NCBI GenBank assembly: GCA_033723415.1
Contig: JAWVXD010000001.1
Location: forward strand, 128,001-192,000
Direction: 5' to 3'
DNA length: 64,000 bases
Source: Sulfurospirillaceae bacterium
GTDB lineage: Bacteria; Campylobacterota; Campylobacteria; Campylobacterales; Sulfurospirillaceae
How positions within the stretch are numbered: position 1 is the first letter of the stretch; the number at the start of each line of letters is the position of its first letter. Positions 1-11,304 of the stretch are shown piece after piece. The notes under the pieces are model-generated. The model saw only the letters and a list, made by a program, of their open reading frames with translations, was not told the DNA's origin and searched no databases. A program made the position numbers and the translations under genes.

Positions 1-275
1 GCCTTCTCAGAACCGGCTAACAATCCTAAACCTTGACTCTCTGGTCTTTTGCAGTGGATTGCATCAAATTCTTGAGCTATTGTGGCAGCTGATGGGGAAA
101 AGTATATTTTGACTTCACACTGTAGTCTTCCTTCTGATTCATGTCTAAAAAAAACAGCCATATCTTCTGGCTCATTTTTCTTTTTATAAGTAGATAAAAA
201 AAGTGTTTTTATATCTTCCATTATCTCTCCTGCCAACATCGCATCACCAAGATTACAGGTAAACCAAGTATTCAT
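1..275 (-). CDS. Hypothetical protein, 3' end truncated by window edge (MNTWFTCNLGDAMLAGEIMEDIKTLF...RHESEGRLQCEVKIYFSP...)
   Basis: Hand translation: ATG at 275 with AAGGAAAG SD upstream, frame open to position 1; not in ORF track. Confidence 0.75.
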   Translation of the reverse strand, partial: MNTWFTCNLGDAMLAGEIMEDIKTLFLSTYKKKNEPEDMAVFFRHESEGRLQCEVKIYFSPSAATIAQEFDAIHCKRPESQGLGLLAGSEK

Positions 276-387
276 ATCTTTACTTTCCTTATATCGAAAT
301 TTGTGTTCTATATAGAGACAAAATTATATATTATCTATTTAAAATATCATATTAGGTATAATGTACTCAATTTATTTTGGAGTATAG

Positions 388-1797
388 ATGAAAAAAATCC
401 TTATACTAGCTGATGGCATTTTAGCAAAATATTTTTTAGAAAGAGTTATCAATCTGCAAGACGGAGAAAATAATTATTCTGTCGTATATTATCAGAAAAA
501 ATCTGTGCCTGAACATATGCCCGAAAATTTTAAGTATCATTATTTTGATCCAACAAGTTTCAAAAAGCTGTCTTCCATCTTTGATGTAGATTTTTTTCAA
601 GTCATGATAGTAGTGTCAAAAAAGATAGATGCCGTAGAAGCTTACCAAAATATCAGAAAAATTGATTCTCAGATACAAATAGTTATGGTCGATAGATGGG
701 GAATAAAGTATGATGACAAAAGGTTGTATCTTTTGGATTCTAGAGAAGTTCTATCTTCCAGATTTGCTGATTATTTACCTGACATGCCGGTTATAGCACA
801 AAATGTCGGACTGGGGCAAGGTGAGATTATGGAAGTTAGAATTCCTACCGGCAGCTCTTATTCATATCGACATCTTGGCAGCATTGAACAAAGTAAATGG
901 AAAATTGCCGCGATATATAGAGCAAATGCCTTGATCTTACCAAGAGATTCTTTAATGATTCAACCAAACGATGTATTGCTTATTATCGGAAATCCCAATG
1001 TACTAAAAAGTGTGTATAAAAGTGCTAAAAGAGAGATAGGGCAGTTCCCATCACCGTTTGGACAGATAATCTACTGCTTGATCGACATGTTGAGCATGCG
1101 TGAGAAGGACATAGAAACTATCCTAAATGACGCTATGTTGTTACACTCCAAAATCAACTCTAGACGACTTTACATAAAAGTGATAAATCCCACATATTCA
1201 AAACAGTTTGAAAAGATCAAAAGCTATGAAGGAAAATATATAAGCGTCAATATTGATTATTATGAAAATTCTTTGCAAAAAACGCTTAAAACAGATGCCA
1301 AAAATCTAGATATAGGTCTTATCGTAGTTAGACATGATTTTTTTGTTAAGTACATAAAAGATCTATTTGAGATTAGAAAACCGATATTCAAGATTGGTTT
1401 TTGGGGATTTTCTGAAGTAAAAGAAGCAGTTATTTTAAGTAACAACAGTGAAGATATTGAAAAAGAATCTTCGGCTATATTTGATTTTTCCTCTCAACTG
1501 GATTTAAAGATAAAACTATACAATTTCAGACCGGAAGAAACTTCAACAGATGAAGAGTTAAGCGAGCATTTCAACAATCTTTCAAAGATATTTAATAAAG
1601 AAATAGAGATCATAGATTCTAAAAAAAATCCTCTTTTGGTACTTAGAAACAAAAATAATATTTTACAATTTGTACCTTTTAGCAAAAAAGTTTCTAGCTC
1701 AAACATCTTTTCTATCTTCTCTACAGATATGGAAAAGTTGTATTTTAAACTCGCTTCGAATTATCAAGTTTTTATCCCGGTTACAGTAGATTCATAG
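388..1797 (+). CDS. COG3400-type protein with TrkA-C (RCK_C) domain
   Basis: 469 aa; [10 protein letters not shown]...[21 protein letters not shown]-like core; usual neighbour of aroB in Campylobacterales; TATAAT at 357-362. Confidence 0.8.
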   Translation: MKKILILADGILAKYFLERVINLQDGENNYSVVYYQKKSVPEHMPENFKYHYFDPTSFKKLSSIFDVDFFQVMIVVSKKIDAVEAYQNIRKIDSQIQIVMVDRWGIKYDDKRLYLLDSREVLSSRFADYLPDMPVIAQNVGLGQGEIMEVRIPTGSSYSYRHLGSIEQSKWKIAAIYRANALILPRDSLMIQPNDVLLIIGNPNVLKSVYKSAKREIGQFPSPFGQIIYCLIDMLSMREKDIETILNDAMLLHSKINSRRLYIKVINPTYSKQFEKIKSYEGKYISVNIDYYENSLQKTLKTDAKNLDIGLIVVRHDFFVKYIKDLFEIRKPIFKIGFWGFSEVKEAVILSNNSEDIEKESSAIFDFSSQLDLKIKLYNFRPEETSTDEELSEHFNNLSKIFNKEIEIIDSKKNPLLVLRNKNNILQFVPFSKKVSSSNIFSIFSTDMEKLYFKLASNYQVFIPVTVDS

Positions 1798-1805
1798 GAG
1801 AATAT

Positions 1806-2852
1806 GTGTTTATAAACATTGATTTTAATACAACGGAAAAAAGAGATTACGAGATTTTTATAGATGAACTGGAAAAGCTTGAATTTGACACTAAAGTAGC
1901 CATAGTTACAAACCCTACTGTGGCAAAATTTCATCTTGATCATGTATTGTCTATTATTAAAGCAGATGCTGTTCATATTATAAGTATACCTGATGGCGAA
2001 GAGTATAAAAATATGGACACGATCCAATATATACTTGATAATTGCTTTGAAAATAGATTGGACAGAAAGTCCATACTGATCGCACTTGGTGGTGGAGTCA
2101 TAGGGGATATGACAGGATTTGCGGCTTCTATCTTTCAGCGAGGAATTAAATTTATACAGATGCCTACTACGCTACTTTCTCAAGTAGATGCTAGCGTCGG
2201 AGGGAAAACCGGTGTAAATTCAAAGTATGGAAAAAATCTAATAGGAACGTTTTGGCAGCCAAGTCGTGTTTATTGCGAAACGAAGTTTTTGGATACATTG
2301 CCAAAGAGAGAATTCTCAGCAGGAATTGCAGAGATCGTTAAAATGGCCGTAACCTTTGATGCAGACTTCTTTAAATGGTTGGAAGAGCATGACCTAAGAG
2401 ACAAAGAAAATCTAAAGATAGCAATTCACAAGAGTATACAAACGAAAGCGAAAGTTGTCAGTGAAGATGAAAGAGAAGAGGGTGTAAGAGCTGTTTTGAA
2501 CTATGGTCACACTTTTGCTCATGTGATCGAAAACGAAACACTATATAAGACTTATCTACATGGAGAAGCTGTTGCTATGGGAATGGTTATGGCAAATAGA
2601 TTAGCTTGCAAGCTTGGTTTGATGAGTGAAAATGAGGCAAAAAGAGTAGAACTAGTATTAAGAAAATATGATTTGCCTACAACTTATAAAGTCAAGAATA
2701 CTGAAGAATTTTATCAACATTTTTTCTTAGACAAGAAAAGTCACCACAACAAAATTACATTTGTTTTAGCTAAAGGTATAGGTTCTTTTGACCTTAGAAA
2801 CGACATAGATAAAACTCTTTTATTATCGGTATTGAGTGAGAGACATGGCTAA
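1806..2852 (+). CDS. aroB: 3-dehydroquinate synthase
   Basis: [40 protein letters not shown] motifs. Confidence 0.97.
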   Translation: MFINIDFNTTEKRDYEIFIDELEKLEFDTKVAIVTNPTVAKFHLDHVLSIIKADAVHIISIPDGEEYKNMDTIQYILDNCFENRLDRKSILIALGGGVIGDMTGFAASIFQRGIKFIQMPTTLLSQVDASVGGKTGVNSKYGKNLIGTFWQPSRVYCETKFLDTLPKREFSAGIAEIVKMAVTFDADFFKWLEEHDLRDKENLKIAIHKSIQTKAKVVSEDEREEGVRAVLNYGHTFAHVIENETLYKTYLHGEAVAMGMVMANRLACKLGLMSENEAKRVELVLRKYDLPTTYKVKNTEEFYQHFFLDKKSHHNKITFVLAKGIGSFDLRNDIDKTLLLSVLSERHG

Positions 2853-4089
2853 GAAGGTATTTTTTAAAACATTTGGATGCAGAACTAATATCTATGATAC
2901 ACAAGTCATGATGCAGAATTTGAAAGATTTTGAAGTAACATCGGATGAAGATGCGGCACATATAGTAGTAGTAAATTCATGTACCGTGACAAATGGTGCA
3001 GATATCGGGGTTAGGAGCTATATAAATTCACTAAATAGAAAAGGCAAACAAGTTTTTATAGGTGGATGCGGTGCTTTTAGCAAGGGTGAAGAACTATTTG
3101 AGAAAGAGAAGGTTTTTGGAGTTTTCGGACACTCTGAAAAAGAGAATCTAAATAAGCTTTTACAAAGAGAAGAGAGATTTGTAGAAATAGGAGATCTAAA
3201 TTCACTAGATGAGACCATAGTAGAGGAATATCTCGGTAAAAGCAAAGCTTTCATAAAAATTCAAGAAGGATGCGATTTTAGGTGTAGTTATTGTATCATC
3301 CCATATGTGAGAGGTAACTCAAGAAGTCAAGATGAAAGCAAAATATTAGAACAGATCGAAAAACTGGCGACTAACGGCTATGGCGAATTTGTATTGACCG
3401 GTACAAATATCGGAAGTTACGGTAAAGACAAGGGAAGTTCACTTGGGAAATTGGTTCAGAATATAGGGAAAATAAGAGGAGTAAGAAGACTTCGATTAGG
3501 AAGCATAGAACCTGTACAGATAGATGAAAGTTTTAGAGAGATACTAAATGAACCATGGCTTGAGAGACACTTACATATAGCCTTGCAACACACTAATGAA
3601 GAGATGCTTCGTCTTATGAGAAGACGAAACAATGCAAAAGACGATCTGGATCTTTTTTATGAATTAGAAGATCTTGGGTTTGCCTTGGGAACTGATTTTA
3701 TAGTCGGTCATCCTGGAGAAAGTGATAGTATTTGGGAAGATGCCCTAAAGAAGATAGAAGATTTTCCTTTGACTCACATACACGCTTTTATATACTCAAA
3801 AAGAGACGGAACACCATCGGCTAAATTGAAAAATGAAATCAGGGGCGACATCTCAAAAATGAGATTAAAAGAATTAGAGTCCATTATCGCAAAGAAAAAT
3901 CTAGAGTTTAGATTGAAAAATAAAAAAAAGTTAGAAATATTAGTAGAAGAGAAGAAAGACGGTTTTTATATCGGATTTGATCAATTTTACAACAAAACTT
4001 TTGTAAAGTCGGATAAGAATATTTCAAAAGAATGGATAGAGATAGGAGATTATGATGTCAGGGAAAATGGAAACTATGCTGAATTTTAA
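2845..4089 (+). CDS. mtaB: tRNA t6A37 methylthiotransferase MtaB (radical SAM)
   Basis: TFGCRTN, NSCTVT, GCG UPF0004 cysteines; CDFRCSYC radical SAM motif; ATG at 2845 preferred over GTG at 2836. Confidence 0.9.
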   Translation: MAKKVFFKTFGCRTNIYDTQVMMQNLKDFEVTSDEDAAHIVVVNSCTVTNGADIGVRSYINSLNRKGKQVFIGGCGAFSKGEELFEKEKVFGVFGHSEKENLNKLLQREERFVEIGDLNSLDETIVEEYLGKSKAFIKIQEGCDFRCSYCIIPYVRGNSRSQDESKILEQIEKLATNGYGEFVLTGTNIGSYGKDKGSSLGKLVQNIGKIRGVRRLRLGSIEPVQIDESFREILNEPWLERHLHIALQHTNEEMLRLMRRRNNAKDDLDLFYELEDLGFALGTDFIVGHPGESDSIWEDALKKIEDFPLTHIHAFIYSKRDGTPSAKLKNEIRGDISKMRLKELESIIAKKNLEFRLKNKKKLEILVEEKKDGFYIGFDQFYNKTFVKSDKNISKEWIEIGDYDVRENGNYAEF

Positions 4090-5737
4090 ATCCAAAAAAT
4101 TATTAGTGGCTCTCATAGCGCTTTGTGTTATCGCTATTTTGTTGGGATATCAATATATACAAAATTCTCCTTCCATAATAAATCTTGATACATATAACAA
4201 ACTTCTCGATAAGGGCTCTATCCTCAATGCCAAGATCGAGCAAAACGAAGTCATTTTATATACACAAGATAAAGCTTACTCTATCGCAAAAGATGGCATT
4301 GTCATCAAAGATCTACTTAAACAAGTTCCTATAGAAGTAGCAAGTGATAGTCAATATGTAGATGATCTGACATCAGTCTTTGCATTTGCTTTGATTATGT
4401 TATTTGTGATCTTGTATGCAAAAAAAAGACAGTTAAAAGAAACTCAAGAAGAAGAGCACAAAAAAGAGCCAAAGATGCTCTCTTTGGATTCTCTTGCATC
4501 CTTTGATATGCATCCTGCAATCTCAAAAATAAAGTTTACCGATGTAGCCGGGATCAAGGAAGTCAAAGAAGAATTAGAAGAGATAGTCGACTTTTTAAAA
4601 TACCCTGCGAAATATTTAAAATATGGAATATCACTTCCAAGAGGAGTTTTACTGATAGGTCCTCCGGGAGTAGGAAAAACTCTCATAGCCAAAGCAGTCG
4701 CTGGTGAAGCAAATGTTCCGTTCTTTTATCAAAGCGGTGCCAGTTTTGTGCAGATTTATGTCGGTATGGGTGCAAAGAGAGTAAGAGAACTGTTTTCACA
4801 CGCCAAAGCTTATGCCCCATCTATTATCTTTATAGATGAAATAGATGCCGTAGGCAAAGCAAGAGGCGGTATGAGAAACGATGAGAGAGAATCTACACTC
4901 AATCAGCTTCTAACAGAGATGGACGGTTTTGAAGATAACAGCGGAGTAATCGTCATAGGAGCAACAAATAAGATAGAAGTGATAGATGAAGCTTTACTTC
5001 GCTCTGGTAGATTTGACAGAAGAGTTTTTATTCCTCTTCCTGATCTCTCAGATAGAAAAGAAATATTAAAGATATACTTGAAAAACAAGCCATATGATGC
5101 CAATATAGATGAAATTGCCAAGATGAGCGTGGGGTTTTCAGGTGCTGCCCTTTCCACCTTTGTAAATGAAGCTGCCATAAATGCTTTAAGAAGAGAGAGT
5201 CAGATGATTGAACAAGAAGATTTTACAGCCGTAAAATTAAAAGTACTTCTTGGAAAAACAAAAGTCTTAAGCTATAGTGAAAATGAAAAAAGAATACAAT
5301 CGGTATATCAGGGAGCAAAAGCTTTATGTGCATACTGGTTTGAAGTTGATTTTGACAAAATTACAATAGTGAATGATAGATTAAAAGATATGGACAAAGA
5401 GATAGAGTCCAAAACACAGATGTTGTCAAAAGTAAAAGTGTATCTTGCCGGAATAGTAGCTACAAAGATAAAATACAACGAAAAGTTTTCAAATTCAACA
5501 GATGATTTAAAAAGAGCTACCAGCATAGTTCAAAATATGGTAAACAACTATGGTATGGGAGACGGTGTACTTCCAAATAATATGGATGTAGAAAAAATTT
5601 TAAATGAAGCTTATTCTGAGGTAGAAAATTTTTTATTGGGTATGAGTACCACTCTTGATAACATTTCAGATATTTTATTTGAAAAAGAGAGCGTGTCAAG
5701 AGATGATTTGAAGAAAATCTTAGATGAAGTATTTTAG
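4076..5737 (+). CDS. FtsH-like membrane AAA+ ATPase lacking the HExxH protease motif
   Basis: Two TM segments, [18 protein letters not shown] ([19 protein letters not shown]); start uncertain (4052-4076). Confidence 0.88.
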   Translation: MLNFKSKKLLVALIALCVIAILLGYQYIQNSPSIINLDTYNKLLDKGSILNAKIEQNEVILYTQDKAYSIAKDGIVIKDLLKQVPIEVASDSQYVDDLTSVFAFALIMLFVILYAKKRQLKETQEEEHKKEPKMLSLDSLASFDMHPAISKIKFTDVAGIKEVKEELEEIVDFLKYPAKYLKYGISLPRGVLLIGPPGVGKTLIAKAVAGEANVPFFYQSGASFVQIYVGMGAKRVRELFSHAKAYAPSIIFIDEIDAVGKARGGMRNDERESTLNQLLTEMDGFEDNSGVIVIGATNKIEVIDEALLRSGRFDRRVFIPLPDLSDRKEILKIYLKNKPYDANIDEIAKMSVGFSGAALSTFVNEAAINALRRESQMIEQEDFTAVKLKVLLGKTKVLSYSENEKRIQSVYQGAKALCAYWFEVDFDKITIVNDRLKDMDKEIESKTQMLSKVKVYLAGIVATKIKYNEKFSNSTDDLKRATSIVQNMVNNYGMGDGVLPNNMDVEKILNEAYSEVENFLLGMSTTLDNISDILFEKESVSRDDLKKILDEVF

Positions 5738-6233
5738 TGGATTCTGCTTCCAGAATGAGCAGAGCTTATTTCAAGAATGGATACAAAACAATGATTTCTC
5801 TATAGCAGGGTTTAGTTACGGAGCTATAAAGGCTTTGGAATATTCGCTATCTTATGGGTATAGGATAGACAAACTTCAGCTTTTTTCTCCGGCTTTTTTT
5901 CAATATAAAGATAAAAACTTCACAAAACTTCAAATGTTCTCTTTTAAACAAGACCAAGAGAAATATGTCCAGGAATTTTTCTCAAACGCTATTTTCCCTT
6001 CTAAAATTGATATTTCAAAATTCATAAAAGCTGATACTTATGAAGCTTTGTCTGAGTTTCTAGATTATAAATGGGAAGCAAAAAAACTAGAATCCATACG
6101 AAAGCGTGGAATCAAGATAGAAGTCTATCTGGGTGCAAAAGATAAGATCATGGACCCAGATAAAGTTTTAGATTTTTTTCTTCCGTATTCTGATGTTTAT
6201 TTTATGAAAGATGTTGGACATATTCTCAAATAA
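5724..6233 (+). CDS. bioV: Pimeloyl-ACP methyl ester esterase BioV
   Basis: YFSGFCF N-terminus, GFSYGA nucleophile, LFSPAFF, D..GH C-terminus. Confidence 0.85.
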   Translation: MKYFSGFCFQNEQSLFQEWIQNNDFSIAGFSYGAIKALEYSLSYGYRIDKLQLFSPAFFQYKDKNFTKLQMFSFKQDQEKYVQEFFSNAIFPSKIDISKFIKADTYEALSEFLDYKWEAKKLESIRKRGIKIEVYLGAKDKIMDPDKVLDFFLPYSDVYFMKDVGHILK

Positions 6234-6819
6234 ATAAGACGGTACATTCCATCGCTCCATGTGCGCCTATGACCAAAGATTGCTCTATGTCAGCAGTTTT
6301 TGATGGACCGCTGATAAATGTTCCAAAAGTACTGTTATCTTTAAATTGTATCTTTTGATATGCTTCATGCATGCTGTCAACAATTTCACTGTTTTTCACA
6401 ACAATTAGCAGTTTACGGGCTATAAAATAGACTGCTCTATTGATATTTTGATCTTCCTTCACCCATACAGCTCCATTTTCAGCTACTGCAAATTCACCTT
6501 GGATTACAGCTAAGTCAATATCTTTGAGATCATGTGGATCTTTAACATTATTTGTGTGTATATGTCCTATATTCAAGTCAATATTTGTTGCAATTTCACC
6601 TATTTGTGTATAGTTGCTTTTTATATATTCCTCTAGTGTTATGTTGGTATCTAACCATCTTGCTACTCCACCTACTGAGTTTAGCATAGTTTCAAACTGT
6701 TTGTTTTTGTTATCATATATCACATGCTCAATCTCAATATCAGGTAAGTTTTTGTCTACATTGTTGCTACCGGCATTTCCTTGTCGAATGCTGTCTAAGA
6801 TTTGTTTTTTAGAGCTCAT
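6226..6819 (-). CDS. lutC: Lactate utilization protein C (LutC/YkgG)
   Basis: AVAENGAVW, FISGPSKTADIEQSLVIGAHG; ATG at 6819 overlaps lutB stop (ATGA). Confidence 0.9.
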   Translation of the reverse strand: MSSKKQILDSIRQGNAGSNNVDKNLPDIEIEHVIYDNKNKQFETMLNSVGGVARWLDTNITLEEYIKSNYTQIGEIATNIDLNIGHIHTNNVKDPHDLKDIDLAVIQGEFAVAENGAVWVKEDQNINRAVYFIARKLLIVVKNSEIVDSMHEAYQKIQFKDNSTFGTFISGPSKTADIEQSLVIGAHGAMECTVLFI

Positions 6820-8180
6820 TTTTTCCTCTCTTTGTATAACTCTTTGAAGCTGTTTTTTGGGAATTTTGGCAATTCTCTGTTCTTTCCCCAAAGATTTAAC
6901 TTTGAATATATAAAACTTCGTGGCATTATAGGAACTAATTTCCTTGCGATCCTTCCACCAAGAGCCATCATAGAAGGGTGTTGCATGACCCAGGTTGCTA
7001 TCTTTAGTGATCTATGTTTGGTTTTTGAAAGCAGACCGAGAGCAACTACATCTTGTCTATGTAGGTAGAGCTGTTCGTGAAGATCAACTTTGACAGGACA
7101 TATATTTGTACATGATGCACATAACGAACAAGCAAACGGTAGCGTGTAATTTCTTTTTATATCTTTACTCGCACCCAAAGTTGATCCTATCGGACCAGGA
7201 ATAGTGTATCCATAACTGTATCCGCCGCTTCTTCTATAGATTGGACAAGTATTCAAACAAGCGCCGCATCTTATACATTGGAGTGATTTTATATATTTTT
7301 TATTCGCTAATATTTTACTTCTTCCATTGTCCACTATGACAATATGCATCTCTCCGTCTTTTTGAGGAGAATGATAATGTGATGTATAAGTTGTGATAGG
7401 TTGTCCTGTTGCGCTTCTTGCAAGTAATCTTGTGAAAATAGAGAGATCTTTGAGTCTAGGTATAATTTTTTCTATTCCCATTGAAGCGATATGTAGCTTT
7501 GGAAGGCTTGCTCCAAGATCAGCATTTCCCTCATTGGTACAGACTACGATACCGCCTGTTTCACTTATAGCAAAATTTACTCCGGTTAAGGCTGCATCCG
7601 AGCCCAAAAATTTTTGTCTCAAATGTTCTCTTGCTTCTCGCGTCAGGTATGTTGGATCAGAGTTTCCTTTTTGTGTTTTTAAAAATTTTTCAAAAGTTGT
7701 TCCGACATCTTCTTTTTTTAGATGAATCGCAGGCAATACGATATGAGAAGGTGGCTCGTTTCTTAATTGTACGATTCTCTCCCCTAGATCAGTATCTACT
7801 ACTTCGATACCGTTGCTCTCTAAATATGGATTTAAGTGACACTCTTCTGTTAGCATTGATTTGCTTTTTACTAATTTTTTTGCACCTCTTTTTTGAAGAA
7901 TGTCTAAGACTATTCTATTGTGTTCTGTCGCATCTTTTGCCCAATGTACCTCAATACCTCTTTGTTTGGCATTTTTTTCAAATTCTTCAAGATAATAATC
8001 CAATTTACTTAATGCGTGCGTCTTGATCTGATCAGCTTTATTGCGAAGTTCTTCCCATTCATCTAAGCTGTGCGCTTGGATATCTCTTTTTTTACGAACA
8101 AACCACAATGCTTGATCATGCCATTTCATCCTTGGTACGTCTGAAGCAAACTTATCTGCTAACTCAGGATGGCTACTCAT
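6816..8180 (-). CDS. lutB: Lactate utilization protein B, Fe-S subunit (LutB/LldF)
   Basis: VKSKSM, TDLGE, PSHIVLPAIH, NEGNAD; CIRCGACLNTCP and CSLCASCTNICP clusters. Confidence 0.95.
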   Translation of the reverse strand: MSSHPELADKFASDVPRMKWHDQALWFVRKKRDIQAHSLDEWEELRNKADQIKTHALSKLDYYLEEFEKNAKQRGIEVHWAKDATEHNRIVLDILQKRGAKKLVKSKSMLTEECHLNPYLESNGIEVVDTDLGERIVQLRNEPPSHIVLPAIHLKKEDVGTTFEKFLKTQKGNSDPTYLTREAREHLRQKFLGSDAALTGVNFAISETGGIVVCTNEGNADLGASLPKLHIASMGIEKIIPRLKDLSIFTRLLARSATGQPITTYTSHYHSPQKDGEMHIVIVDNGRSKILANKKYIKSLQCIRCGACLNTCPIYRRSGGYSYGYTIPGPIGSTLGASKDIKRNYTLPFACSLCASCTNICPVKVDLHEQLYLHRQDVVALGLLSKTKHRSLKIATWVMQHPSMMALGGRIARKLVPIMPRSFIYSKLNLWGKNRELPKFPKNSFKELYKERKK

Positions 8181-8260
8181 CGTCTTTCTCCTTTACCTTG
8201 AGCGGAAGCCAAAGTTAAATTCTTAGTACTGAAGCTACTACTTTGTCGAGATGATTTCAT
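8177..8260 (-). CDS. Putative 27-aa mini-ORF bridging lutA and lutB (MKSSRQSSSFSTKNLTLASAQGKGERR)
   Basis: ATG overlaps lutA stop (ATGA); its TGA overlaps lutB ATG (ATGA); AGGGGG SD-like just upstream. Confidence 0.4.
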   Translation of the reverse strand: MKSSRQSSSFSTKNLTLASAQGKGERR

Positions 8261-9000
8261 TTTAACCCCCTCGCTAAAATTTGGGCTATATAGATCGTTT
8301 TGATAGGAAGTTTTTCTCGATCTATAAGACCTTGCATATGCATAAGACATGACATATCGACACCTGTGATATATTGACTCCCCGCTTTTATATGATCCTC
8401 TAAACGAGCTCTTCCCATGGCAACACTCATTGCCTCTTCAGTAACTGCAAAAGTACCTCCGAAACCACAACATTCATCATTACGTTGAAGCTCTGAAAAT
8501 GAGATATCATTTACCATATCTAGTATATTTTTAATTTTTGAAAAAACAGGAGTATTCCTTTCGCTCATACTGGCAAGTCCCAATTCTCTATGTCCGTGAC
8601 ATGAATTATGAATACCTACTTTATAAGGAAAACTTACGGATAACTCTTTTGGTTTTATGATATCGTGCAAAAATTCTATAAGTTCATAAGTGTTGTTTCG
8701 TATATGTTCAAAACCGTCCATCCCTGATAAAAACTGAGCATAATTGTTCCTTACCATGCTTACACAGCTTCCGCTAGGTGCTACAATGTAGTCATATTTT
8801 TTAAATATTTCCAAAAATCTTTTTGCCAAAATCGAAGCTTCATGAGCACATCCTGTATTTGCCATGGGCTGCCCACAACAAGTTTGTTCGAGAGGATATT
8901 CTACATCCAGACCAAAACTTTCCAGGATTTTTAAAGTATCCATAGATGCCTCAGGATAAAGTTCATTCATAAAACAAGGAATAAAAAGACCAATTTTCAT
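8257..9000 (-). CDS. lutA: Lactate utilization protein A (LutA/LldE, CCG domains)
   Basis: QTCCGQP, SGSC, HNSCH, ECCGFGGTF, DMSCLMH; AAGGAG SD. Confidence 0.95.
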   Translation of the reverse strand: MKIGLFIPCFMNELYPEASMDTLKILESFGLDVEYPLEQTCCGQPMANTGCAHEASILAKRFLEIFKKYDYIVAPSGSCVSMVRNNYAQFLSGMDGFEHIRNNTYELIEFLHDIIKPKELSVSFPYKVGIHNSCHGHRELGLASMSERNTPVFSKIKNILDMVNDISFSELQRNDECCGFGGTFAVTEEAMSVAMGRARLEDHIKAGSQYITGVDMSCLMHMQGLIDREKLPIKTIYIAQILARGLK

Positions 9001-9022
9001 TCAAGTGCTCCTTCTGAGTTTT

Positions 9023-9045
9023 AAGTTACTAATTAATTGTAACTT
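9023..9045. promoter_or_regulatory. Near-perfect palindrome upstream of lutA, candidate operator
   Basis: AAGTTAC-TAATTAATT-GTAACTT, 23-45 nt upstream of the lutA start. Confidence 0.4.
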
Positions 9046-9173
9046 TTGCATATAACAAAGAAATGACAAAAGTCCAATCAAGATAGTAATGTATTTAAAA
9101 TATACTCTATAAGTAACACTCCAAGTGTCAGAGAACAAACGATAAATACTACTGTCAATATTTTTTGCATGTT

Positions 9174-9800
9174 CTATCTTTGTGTTAGAGCTAATTTGAT
9201 AGCTAGTAAGCCAAATATACTTCCAGCTACTTTGTTTAATATTCCTTCGGCATTTTTGTTTCTGTTAAACCAATCTCCAAGTTTGCCGGCAACAAGACTA
9301 ACACCGCTAAATACCAAGAAAGTGCAAACTATAAAAATGAATCCCAAAATAAAGATTTGCAATGTTATGTTTCCATTTTTAGCATCTGTGAATTGTGGTA
9401 AAAATGCCAAAAAGAAGATTGAAACTTTAGGATTTGTAATGTTCATGAAGATGCCTCTTCTATAAAGTTTGAAATAGCTGAGTTTTGCCTGATTTGCTTT
9501 TAGATGGTGAGAAGATGAACTTTTGAAAGACAGATATGCCAAATATAGAAGATATAGAGCACCTATGTATTTTAATGCATCAAAAGCCAATTGTGAAGTC
9601 TGAAATATCGCAGCAACACCAAGTGCGACTGCAGTCGTATGAACTATCAATCCGGTACATAGCCCCATAGTCACAAATATACCCGGTTTTGCTCCTTTGC
9701 TCATAGATTGTGTCAAAACAAATATATTGTCAGGTCCAGGGGCCAATGCTAAAAGAACCGAAGCAGTGACAAATAAAACAATTGTATCAATAGAAAACAT
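9174..9800 (-). CDS. LysE/RhtB family amino acid exporter
   Basis: LALAPGPDN, GALYLLYLA, NITNPKVSIFFLAFLPQF. Confidence 0.93.
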   Translation of the reverse strand: MFSIDTIVLFVTASVLLALAPGPDNIFVLTQSMSKGAKPGIFVTMGLCTGLIVHTTAVALGVAAIFQTSQLAFDALKYIGALYLLYLAYLSFKSSSSHHLKANQAKLSYFKLYRRGIFMNITNPKVSIFFLAFLPQFTDAKNGNITLQIFILGFIFIVCTFLVFSGVSLVAGKLGDWFNRNKNAEGILNKVAGSIFGLLAIKLALTQR

Positions 9801-9972
9801 CAAAATCCTTTTTTCTTTTTATTCTATCAAATAAATCGTTTATATATTATTATTTCATTTCATAGGAAAAGTGAAGAATTTTCATTTAATAACATTTTGA
9901 TGTTTTGTAGCTTATAATTATGAAATATTTTTGAAAAAACTTTTATTTGCAAATTTTTTAAAAGCGAGATGA

Positions 9973-11304
9973 ATGAATCAAAAAACTCTCAAGATTATCT
10001 TTTTAAGTTATTTTGTTTTGATCTTAACAGGCGCAATTGTTCTTATGCTGCCTTTTACCCACGTAGGTCATTTGAAATTTATTGATGCTATATTTACATC
10101 TACTTCTGCGGTTTGCGTAACCGGTCTTATAGTGAAAAGTACGTCAGAATATTTTAATTTTTTTGGTCAATTTGTTATTTTAGTACTTATACAGATCGGT
10201 GGAGTAGGATATATGAGTTTAGTTACTCTTTTCTTTCTGTTTACAAAAAAGAATCTCAACATTCATGAAAAAAATATTGCAAAAGATTCTTTAAATTACT
10301 CGAGCAATTCTGAGATACAAAGTTTTATCAAAAAAGTTTTTTTATTTACATTTACTATAGAGGCAATAGGAATTTTCCTTTTAACTTTACATTTTAGTGC
10401 AAGAACACCATTTCTAAAAGCATTTTGGGAAGCCGTATTTCACACTGTTTCCGCATTTAACAATGCCGGATTTTCTCTCTTTACTGATAGCTTTATCGGG
10501 TATAATAATGATTTTTCTGTCATCATGATAATCTCATTGTTGGTTATACTTGGCGGTATTGGCTACTGGGTATTGGTAGAATTACATACAAAAGCAGTTT
10601 CAAAACGTTATATCTTGTCTGTTCATACAAAGATCACTTTGGTCGGAACGGCTTTTTTACTTATCTCAGGAACAATTTTGTTCTTGGCTATTGAGTGGGA
10701 CAATGCCCCTGTATTTGGACATATGTCCTTATGGCAGCGCGTTTTAAATAGTTTTTTCCTCTCGGTAAATTTTAGAACAGCCGGATTTAACAGTTTGGAT
10801 CTTTCTACTCTTAGTGAGCCTTCACTTTTTTGCTCTACCATATATATGATGATAGGTGGAGGTGCAGGAAGTACGGCCGGCGGTATTAAGATCACTACTG
10901 TTGCAGTACTTATGATATCAACTATTCACACAATCAAACTGAGCAATCAAAAACCGAATCTTTTTAAGAGAACGATTTCATCAGAAGTTATCCAAAGAGC
11001 TTCAGCTATCATAATTGTTGCATCATCAATCGTAATGAGCGCTACTATCATCTTAACAGAGACACAGCATACAGGATTTATGAAAACTCTATTTGAAGCA
11101 ATCTCGGCATTTTGTACCGTAGGAGTATCTGTAGGAGACGGTCACATTCTAAGCTTTTCAAGCGAATTTGACTCATTAGGTAAAGCTTTGATCATTTTAT
11201 TGATGTTAATAGGAAGAATAGGCATATTTGCATTTGGATTTTTAATAATGGGAAAAGAAAAAATAAAACATATACAATACCCTGAAGGAAGGATTTTACT
11301 ATGA
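9973..11304 (+). CDS. ktrB: Ktr/Trk K+ transporter membrane subunit
   Basis: SAVCVTGL, SAFNNAGF, RTAGFN, SAFCTVG P-loops; GSTAGGIK. Confidence 0.92.
   Translation: MNQKTLKIIFLSYFVLILTGAIVLMLPFTHVGHLKFIDAIFTSTSAVCVTGLIVKSTSEYFNFFGQFVILVLIQIGGVGYMSLVTLFFLFTKKNLNIHEKNIAKDSLNYSSNSEIQSFIKKVFLFTFTIEAIGIFLLTLHFSARTPFLKAFWEAVFHTVSAFNNAGFSLFTDSFIGYNNDFSVIMIISLLVILGGIGYWVLVELHTKAVSKRYILSVHTKITLVGTAFLLISGTILFLAIEWDNAPVFGHMSLWQRVLNSFFLSVNFRTAGFNSLDLSTLSEPSLFCSTIYMMIGGGAGSTAGGIKITTVAVLMISTIHTIKLSNQKPNLFKRTISSEVIQRASAIIIVASSIVMSATIILTETQHTGFMKTLFEAISAFCTVGVSVGDGHILSFSSEFDSLGKALIILLMLIGRIGIFAFGFLIMGKEKIKHIQYPEGRILL

Noticed and set aside
9804..9972. c-di-AMP (ydaO) riboswitch upstream of ktrB
   Set aside because: Region is nearly pure AT with no conserved GC-rich core
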